This document shows positions 55,001-64,000 of a stretch of 64,000 nt of DNA, one piece after another. The position numbers were made by a program, and so were the translations under genes. The DNA lies in the NCBI GenBank assembly GCA_051294375.1, contig CM119263.1, positions 4,612,126 to 4,676,125 on the forward strand, in the 5' to 3' direction. Position 1 is the first letter of the stretch. Each line of letters opens with the position of its first letter. The stretch is from Paraspadella gotoi. Its lineage: Eukaryota > Animalia > Chaetognatha. The notes under the pieces were generated by a model, which had not been told where the DNA came from, ran no database searches, and saw nothing but the letters and a program-made list of their open reading frames with translations.

Positions 55001-55689
55001 AAGTACTATAATCTAATTTGCATATTGCAGTAAATCTAATGAAGTGGAAATTTTATCCAAACAAAAAAAATCTTAAAAAGCATAAGGAATCGAGCCCTGC
55101 AAGGTCTAGTTGATTATTGAATGGCGATACGGAACCAATTATTGAAAAGGCGATTGGATAAACCAATCATTGATTGCGATGATAAGGCCAATAATTGAGT
55201 GCCACGATGATAACCAAATGATTGTTGCGAAGATAATCATTCATTGATGTGATGATAATCATCTCCATTGATACGATGATAGTCATTCATTGACGCGATG
55301 AGTCATTCGTCGTAAATAAAACAAAACATAACCTTCCTCTCTTTCTCCTCCCCTCTCTCCTCCCTCTCTCTTCCCTCCCTCTCTCCCCCCTTCCTCCTCC
55401 TTATTCCTCCTTCTCCTACCCTTCTCCCTCTTTCCTCTCTCCTTCCCCTCTCTCTCGCCCTCTCCTTCCTCCCTCCTCTCCTCCCTTCTCCTCCCTCTCT
55501 CCTCCGCTTTCCTCCTTCCTCCCTCTACTCCTCCCTTCCTCTCCTTATTCCTCCCTCTCTCCTCCCTCTCTCCTCCCTCTCTCCTTCCTCCCTCCTCCCT
55601 CCCTTTCTCATCCTCTCTCTCCTTCCTCTCTCTCTCCATCCTCCTCCCTCTCTCCTTCCTCTCCCTCCTCCTCTTTCTTCTCCCTCTCT

Positions 55690-57895
55690 CCTCCCGCTCC
55701 TCCCAACATTTCCTCTACTCTTTTTCTTCCAAGTAAAAACAAAAAGAGAAAAAAATAAAATCCCCGGATGTAGAGTTAAAAAAAACTCCGGATGTCGTTG
55801 GATTGAATATAAACGGAGACAACTAAAAGCCTCGTGTTTCTCTTCGTTCACCCAATGGGGGGGGAAGAGGCAACCAGATTAGATGATGATGATGCTGATG
55901 ATTATGATGATGACGAGACGAACGACAACGACGACGACAACGACGACGACATTCGTTCTCTTCAAGTGTTTTTCGTGAGAATCGTTAAATTTTCAGTCTG
56001 AGTTAAAAACTCTTTTCTTTTTTAGTGAAGAGGAAAATTTTTGCACGGACTCAGCAATTTGTTTGGCAGAGAAGTGATTTTGTAATTTAATTAATAATTA
56101 ATACCTACATTTCAAAATTTGTGAGCTCATTAAACTAACTATTTTCATATTCCAAGCCCAGAACCCCGTAGCTGCTAGAGGGGTAACGTTAGTCTTCCTA
56201 GGCTTCCTTAAGGGGACCCAGTGATAAAAATGATATCATAAGCTTAAGGGTCTATCATCAAAGGAATTTGAATTGGTGATGTCATTAATTTTTCTTTGCA
56301 CGGGAAAGTGGCAAAAAATTCCTATCTCTTATTGTAGCGGAAACAAAATTTATATAATTATGAAAAAAAATTTAGTTGACCCTACCTAAATATTTATATA
56401 ATCCATTATTTTATTTTTGCATTAGAAAGTTTTTTATTAATTCCATTTTTTTATTTTTTACTGTACAAAGCTATAATTTTAGGTTTGGGCCTCATTGAAC
56501 AAAGGCTTTACAAACTAATATTTTTTTATTTTTATATTTACTTAAAAGCGAGACAAATCAAACCTAAATTCTATTCTTACAGAAACAAAACTGTAATAAT
56601 ACTAATTAATATTCATATTCATCCCTTAAATGTATAATTAAACTATATTGATTCCTAATTATAACAATTAAAAATTTAGCAAAAGTACAGAATCTTTCTC
56701 TTTCTTTTTATATTTATATTATTTTTAAAGAGTTTTATTTTCATCCAATATAACTGAATCATTTGAAAAAGAAGTTTAAATAAAATCAAGTCGATACCCT
56801 TAAATTTTGATTCATTCCCTAGTTTTTTTTTTTAAATTTTTGTAATAAAGCTGAAAATCTTTTTAAAATTAGATTCTTACTTTTTTTGGAAAAAAAAAAA
56901 TTTTAAAACTTGAAAAAGATTTTCTTCTTACCGATTTTTTAAAGAAGAAATTAAGCTCGCTGATTTTATCGAATTTTTAACTACTTTCCAAATGATTATA
57001 GAAGAAGAAAATTATATGATCAGAACCCAGCTTAGGTTAAAGGGTCAAACGTTATGTTTTCAGTTTTTACCCGCCCCCTGTTCACTTGGTCCCCTTAAGT
57101 CAGGTACCGAGCTGGGATTAAACCCGAAAACCTTTACTTGGTATATCTGCTGCTTTACTTAATGAGCCACGTGTTTACGAATGAGATAAAAATGATTAAC
57201 TGCGGATTCAACCCAGGAAATGTTCATTACATTATTTTGCGTTGTACAATGATACAATCTTCTCTCCTACCGAGCAGGAAATCAGCAATTTTCTCCTCGG
57301 GCTAAATCCTTCTTTGTCCACAATCCCACACAACTATGAGCGAGCTAAGATTCTGCGCTCACCCCTCGCTTCCATGCGCCTGAAATTTTAAATTAACATA
57401 AAAGCGCACTCGTCCCCTTACTCTACCTCGATACTTACCTTCCGCGACAGGGCGAGAAAACGACGGCGAGACGACGGACGACGACGCGACGACGACGACG
57501 ACGACGACGACGACTTTGAAAATTTTTCGCGTTCATCTTGAGCCGTTTGTTTAATCAAATCTTTCTCATTGACCCTCGAACAATGAAATTGGATTAGTTA
57601 GTTTAATTTGATTAATATTATATTAACTACGAAAAAGCTTTTGTTTACAAAAACGAGAGTCTACGTTTGTAACAAAAAAAATAGAATAAAAGCAATAAAT
57701 AATAATAATAATAATAATCAATAAATATATTTGATTCGGACGTCGATAAAAAGTGAAATATTTTACGGTTTTCGCGTTCTTTAGTTTGTTATACCAATTA
57801 AAATTGTTGAAATACGTTGAATTAGTGGATGGAGGAAAGTGAGCAGACGACGGACCGACGACGATCTGTCGACGACGCACGACGACGACGATTGA
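55690..57895. repeat. Segment duplicated at about 62630-64000 (there without the MITE)
   Basis: Colinear near-identity, e.g. cttccaagtaaaaacaaaaagag...atccccggatgtagag and gatacttaccttccgcga in both copies. Confidence 0.92.
56212..57094 (-). mobile_element. Second copy of the Kolobok-like MITE, with perfect TTAA TSDs
   Basis: TTAA|GGGGACCCAGTGA...TCACTTGGTCCCC|TTAA; reverse complement of 13335-14214. Confidence 0.92.
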
Positions 57896-58599
57896 CGTAG
57901 TTTTCACTCACTTAGGTAAGCGGAAAATATTCTGGCGGGAATTTTGTTTAATCGCATATTGAGAGTCAATTAAAAATACTGATTTTGTTGAGGTTAAGAA
58001 TTATATGGAGGACTGGAGAGCGGGCCAACTAGTAAGATTCGCACGGTTTATGGGATGAAACCATAATCTTACCAAAGTCCAAAGTCGATGGGCAAGATAC
58101 GTAACTTATTTATTGTAAGAATCTAGGGTTCTTTTTTATATTGTTTTTTTCGAATTTCATATCTACAAATCCAAACTAGCTGGCAAAATCTGTACTCAGC
58201 GGTCTCCTTCTTAGGAGCAATCGAACTTACAATGATCCTGCTGGCTATAGCGATCGGATAGGATTTGATAGTGGTGTTGACGGTCTTGCTATAGTCTGCT
58301 GTGTGCCCTATTCTGCTGTTTTTGTAACACTTTCTATGCTGCTGTTATCTTGCTTGTTTGATCTGTGCATTTATAATATTTCGCTTCAGCGGAGGAGGAC
58401 GAATAAAATGAGGAGAAAAAAAAGATAGAGAAAAGAAGAGATGAAAGAAGACAGAAGAAAGAAGGGAAGAAAAAAAATAAAGAAGTGAGAAAAGAAAGGA
58501 AAACGGGAAGAAAGAAGGAAAGAAAAAAAAGAAGAAAAATAGAAAAAACTATAAGAATTATTTTCGTTTCGTCGTGTATTTTTTTCGCTTCTGTCTGGC

Positions 58600-59847
58600 G
58601 CGACTTTTAGTTGCGATTTTCTTCGGGCGAAGCAAATCATCGCTGCTGTCGGGCGATGCAGGATTTTGTACCGCAAGCAGAGCTTGGCGGTCAAACCTTC
58701 CCGGTCGTTAAATTTGAAAGGCGGCTCACGTCGCGGAATCGATCGAGCGCGTCGAGCGTAAACGAAGTCGGTTCGATCGGCATCGATTAGGCCGCTTTTT
58801 TAATATGGGCGCGCGTTGGAATCCGTTCTGGTCTGCGACTGGCGATTAGAGCCCAGGAGGATTAGGCACATCTGGAGACAGAGAAGATGAACGAACGCCT
58901 ACGACAAGCGAGACGACGACCGTCGACGCCAAGGCCGCCGTCTCCGGAGGTAACACGTTCACTCGCCCTCCTTTTTGAAAATCCGCCGCGCATCTCTTAC
59001 CCCACCCCGTATATCCATGCGAAGCGTAATTTTCCGACTTCCTGTTCGAACTCTGCAAAGTTTAGGCGTTACCGCGCTCTAAATAACGACTTGAGCACTG
59101 CAATGGACGCTTGGATCGCTACTTCCTCATTGGCACTTTAATGATGAATCAGGTCTAGGCGTTGAACTCGTCCCACTAGTGCTCGGAGAGAGTATATCTC
59201 AATTAGCCGATATGAAACCGGGATCATAAAGACGACTCGGGGAAAGTTCTCCAAATTTTGAACGATCTCGAGCGGTGGAGAGAGACGAGGAGAGAGCGAA
59301 AGGTATCGAGAGACTCTAGGAGGCCTACGGTATGGACGGAATACAAGCATTCTCGGTCACCTAGTCTTGATCGCCGCCTAGACGAACTGTAGTCGAAGAC
59401 CACAATCACACGTCAACACGTCGCCAGTAGCTCAAACACTCCAGTCGACGAGAGAGAGTAAGTTACCTGAGAGAGGATGAAGAAGAGCAGCGGACAGAAG
59501 GGAAAAGAGGCGAGTGTGTGAGAGAAAAAGAGAGGACCGAATATAAACGATTTCTATTAATAACTATATACACACATAGAGAAGAAGAAAACTCGTAACT
59601 TATGCTGTTTTTTAAAGGGAGAAACCCGAGATAGAGAAAGAGGAGATGGAGAGAGAGGAGAGGAGAGTGGGACCAGAGTCTCTCTCTCGCGCTCCGCGTT
59701 TCGCCATCACGCGCCATTCAACCGCCAGACGAAGCTCTCGGTAAGGTCACGTGAGAGGCGCGTGAAAATCACGTGATTCATGGCGCGGTGGTGGGAGGGA
59801 GAAGAGAGAGAGAGAGAGAAGAACGAGAGAGAGAGGAGAGAAGAGGA

Positions 59848-59888
<41 letters not shown>

Positions 59889-62800
59889 AGAGAGGAGTGA
59901 GAGAGAGAAGAAGATGAGGAGGAGATGAGAGGAGAGTGAGAGAGAGAGAGAGGTCAACCTGTTCCTGCTTTTCGAAGAAAATTCTTCACCCTGGTCGGGA
60001 AAATAAAGAGACAGACAGAGAAACAGAACGGAACAGACAGAATATTAAGAGACAGAAAGATATTTATGACAGAAGGTTCACGTGAATACTCAGTGAGACT
60101 CGCGTGACGGCACCTCGTGAAAAGAATCGATGTGAATCGAGCGAGAAAAGCTTTTTTCACGGAGGCCCGAGCAAGGTGAGATGCGAGCAAACTTGCTTGA
60201 TTAGGAGCTGGATCGTTGACAAAGCTTGTGAAGTAGGGACTAGTATGGTTTTGTTTTTTAAAGTTATGTTTTACTTGTCTTACGAGTTGAAATGATATAC
60301 AATATTCATACGTTGAGTAGTAATGAGTCTTTTTGCGGTTCTTCGATTTGCCTTCGTTATTTTCCTACTTCATAAATCCTTATCATGCCTATGGGAAAAA
60401 CTTCACTATTTTAGGTAATATTATAGAAGTTAAATAAAAATTAACAAAACAATTTTTATTCTTTTTCCCCAAATATTATATTTTTAGTGCGACCGCGAGT
60501 ACATCGCGGCAACTCTATAGTCGGTCTGTCCCACTTATGATAAAGTTGCTCATTGTTAAAATCAAATCTAAGCGACTACTGGCGGCGGCCTTTATCGTTT
60601 TTAATGTATAAACAAACAAAGAAAAGTAATGCGGACGCACACCTTGGACTAACCGTTCCTTGTTCATTTTTTGTTTCTTTCTTCTTTTTCTATTCTTTCT
60701 TCTTTTCGTGTGGTCTTTTTTTTTCTTCCCTCCCGCATTTTCTACTTTTCCTTTGTGCAGTCCCGGATCCAGATTCATTTTTCCCCTATTAAATTTGACC
60801 TCATCCAGTTGCAAACCATTTTTAATCGGAAACTAGTTATGTGATTAGATTTTCGGTTTCACAAAGTATTTAACTACCGTTCACTTTAACTTAATTGACT
60901 TCATGTTTAACGAACTCAATAGAAGCTCCATATAACCAAACATGACACAGTTTTTCCTATTTTTTCAACATACACAACGAACTAAAGAGAGTTGTAGCTT
61001 TTTCATAGAGCCGTCCTTTTATCTCAAATGAAAAAAGTAATTTTTAAAGTTATAAGATTGGTCGGTTAACGTTAATAAGTTCATGATTTAGGTTAGGATT
61101 AAGTTAGTGCTTAAGGTTAAGGAATGGTTAGTGATTTAGGGTGGTGTAGGGATTGCCTGGGTTAATTGATCAGTGTTTAGGGTTCAAATTGTTAGGGTTA
61201 AAAATTAGGGCGAAAAGGATTTAGGGTCAGGGTTCAGTTCATGGATTTATGGTTGAGATAATTGGTTCATAAGTCTTAAACACATTTTTAGACTTAGAAA
61301 TCATGGTTTAGAACCTTAACTTTCTGGCGCATGAACGAACAGAAATGTGGGCACCCTTAGAGATGGAGAGCCAGAATTTTCTCGTTAAAATAACCAATCT
61401 CCGAAACTGTACTCGACCTCTCTTGACGGAGAAGACAAATATTGATCACATCACCTTCAAAATAAGATCGACTGAATGAATTGGAAAATCGTTCTATGAA
61501 GAAAATCCTTGTCGGTCGTTGTTGTTCGTCGACTCGAAGATTAAGGACGAAGAAGTTGTCCTTTGGACTTGATTCTCGAGGTTAATTTGACAGAAAAAGC
61601 GAAAAAAAAAAATTCAAAAAGAAAAACAATTTTACAATAGAAACTGATTTTTTTCAGTTAGAAACTTTTGAATATTTCCTATTATTTGTCTCAAAAACCG
61701 AAAATGACGGGAGCTTCGAATTTTCGTTGCCTGTCCACCCAAAATCTTTTGTTTAAAGGAATTTTCATTTGATTCCGCGTGGTATCGACGCCTTGGTAAG
61801 GGAAAATTCGGCTGTGAAAAAACAAAACCTAGTGTAAAAACTGTATTTTTGTTTGTTTGTTAATTCTAATGATGTCTTGAAGAACTTAACTTAGCTGTGA
61901 AACTCATTCTGTAATAATAAAACAAAAGTTCATTTAAATCTACACAGATTTGGTTATTGTAAATCTTATTAATTAATTCATTGCGTACCATGACAACCTT
62001 AAACAATCAACATTCTTGACACGTCTTATTCATTATTGTCAGTTGATATTCACAACCATTCTTTCACATTAATTTCACCGACATGTCCATTATTCTCTTC
62101 CCAGGGGCGACTCTTCGTCTTTGTCGTTTATTCTTCATCTTATCTTCGTTTTCAAAAACTTCGCCTTTTCCAAAAGAAATCAGCTGCTGGCTCGACCTTC
62201 CGAAGCAAGGGCCGGGCCTTGTCGGGCTCAATCGCCGAAAGCCGGGCGGGCAAAGTCGCCGTGCCGCGGTTCGGTACGCGTATCCGAGCGATGGTTTCGT
62301 CGGACCAAAGACGGACCGGTATCGGTCGACCCGGTGTCATGCCCAAACAACGCCGGGCGAATCACGGTCAAACTCGGCAGTGTCTCGTCAGTTTAGGGGA
62401 ATTAATTCAAACAAATAATTTAAATATCAAAGGAATTCAATCCATAAACAAACAAAGCTCAGAACAACTCAGTATAAAGGCGAGAGAAGCAGAGAAGAGA
62501 GATAGAGAGAGAACTCGCAGGCCGAAGAGAGAGACGAGAGATGACGCGAGTGAACACCGAGAAGCAGACGAGAGAGAGGCAGAGAGAGGAAGAGGAAAGA
62601 CACGNNNNNNNNNNNNNNNNNNNNNNNNNTCCCTCTCTCCTCCCGCTTCCTCCCAACATCTCCTCTACTTTCTTTTTCTTCCAAAGTAAAAACAAAAAGA
62701 GAAAAAAATAAAAATCCCCGGATGTAGAGTTAAAAAAAAACTCCGGATGTCGTTGGATTGAATAAACGGAGACACTAAAAGCCTCGTGTTTTCTCTTCTT

Positions 62801-63671
62801 TCACCCAATGGGGGGGNNNNNNNNNNNNNNNNNNNNNNNNNNNNNNNNNNNNNNNNNNNNNNNNNNNNNNNNNNNNNNNNNNNNNNNNNNNNNNNNNNNN
62901 NNNNNNNNNNNNNNNNNNNNNNNNNNNNNNNNNNNNNNNNNNNNNNNNNNNNNNNNNNNNNNACGACGACAACGACGACGACAACGACGACGACATTCGT
63001 TCTCTTCAAGTGTTTTATGAGAATCGTTAAATTTTCAGTCTGAGTTAAAAACTTTTTCTTTTTAGTGAAGAGGAAAATTTTTGCACGGACCTCAGCATTT
63101 TGTTTGGCACGAGAAGTGATTTTGTAATTTAATTAATAATTAATACCTACATTTCAAAATTTGTGAGCTCATTAAACTAACTATTTCATATTTCCAAGCC
63201 CAGAACCCCGTAGCTGCTAGAGGGGGTTACGTTAGTCTTCCTAGGCTTCCGTAAGTCAGGTACCGAGCTGGGATTAAACCCGAAACCTACTTGGCGTGAT
63301 CTGCTGGCTTTACTTAATGAGCCACCGTGTTACGAATGAGATAAGAATGATTAACTGCGGATTCAACCCAGGAAATGTTCATTACATTATTTTGCGTTGT
63401 ACAATGATACAATCTTCTTCTGCCGAGCAGGAAATCAGCAATTTTCTCCTCGGGCTAAATCCTTCTTTGTCCAACCCACACTACTATGAGCGAGCTAAGA
63501 TTCTGCGCTCACCCCCTCGCTTCCATGCGCCCTGAAATTTTAAATATAACAACATAATAAGGCTCACTCGCCCTTACTCTACGCTCGATACTTACCTTCC
63601 GCGAACAGGGCGACGAAAACGACGGCGACGACGACGACGACGACGATGACTTTGAAAATTTTCGCGTTCAT
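58600..63671 (-). pseudogene. Frame-disrupted putative secreted gene with vWA-like and C-type-lectin-like segments (real pseudogene or poor consensus)
   Basis: Signal-peptide-like first exon (MNAK..KVIVVVVVAVVFVALFAE|GTAAGT, 63671-63596, needs an indel fix); AKIFLFTKK...LKRTNVVVVV near 63000-63110; CPPGFRRLSPTRPGPCF near 62200-62252; VIVVFDYSSS (DxSxS) near 59380-59410. Confidence 0.35.
63191..63327 (-). mobile_element. Diverged tRNA-like repeat related to the TRIM LTR (second copy split by the MITE at 56150-57172)
   Basis: aggtaccgagctgggattaaacccg...gctttacttaatgagccaccg aligns with LTR aggtaccgggttgggattgaacccg...gctttactcaatgagccaccg. Confidence 0.65.
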
Positions 63672-64000
63672 CTTGAGCCGTTTGTTTAATCAAATCTTTT
63701 CATTGACCCTCGACACAATGAATTGATTAGTTAGTTTAATTTGATTAATATTATATTAACTAAGTAAAGCTTTTGTTTACAAAAACGAGAGTCTACGTTT
63801 TAACAAAAAAATAATAAGAATAAATAATAAATAATAAATAATAATCAATAATAATAATTGATTTCGACGTCGATAAAAAGTGAAATAATTTTACGGTTTT
63901 CGGTTCTTAGTTTGTTATACCAATTAAAATTTTTTGAAATAGTGAATTAGGAGAGAAAGGGAGCAGACGACGACGACGACGACGATGTCGACGACGACGA

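Noticed and set aside
57431-57445. ATACTTACCT as a U1 snRNA 5' end (also near 63588)
   Set aside because: No U1 body follows; it is the reverse complement of a minus-strand donor, AG|GTAAGTAT.

Overview
This is animal (metazoan) genomic DNA, very rich in microsatellites, from an assembly with N gaps and apparent homopolymer indel errors. Most ORFs in the supplied track are simple-repeat artefacts, and the real genes are spliced. Genes I could reconstruct by eye are: two tandem C2H2 zinc-finger genes, a single-pass membrane protein, two tandem paralogues sharing a C-terminal helical domain that resembles the MLKL/RPW8/MCAfunc four-helix bundle (one with a very large acidic disordered N-terminus), an intronic U2 snRNA, an ApoD-like lipocalin with a GC-AG intron, a Frizzled-CRD gene with no visible 7TM part, CLUAP1/IFT38, and a damaged, partly duplicated secreted vWA/C-type-lectin-like gene. 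Mobile DNA includes an intact miniature LTR element whose LTRs carry a tRNA-like Pol III module (Helenus-like TRIM, 4-bp TSD), two copies of a TTAA-targeting GG-ended MITE (Kolobok-like) with an empty site also visible, Helentron-like ends and a LINE 3' fragment. A recurring oddity is local duplication of exon/intron junctions in three different genes. All family assignments come from recalled motifs, not from database searches.
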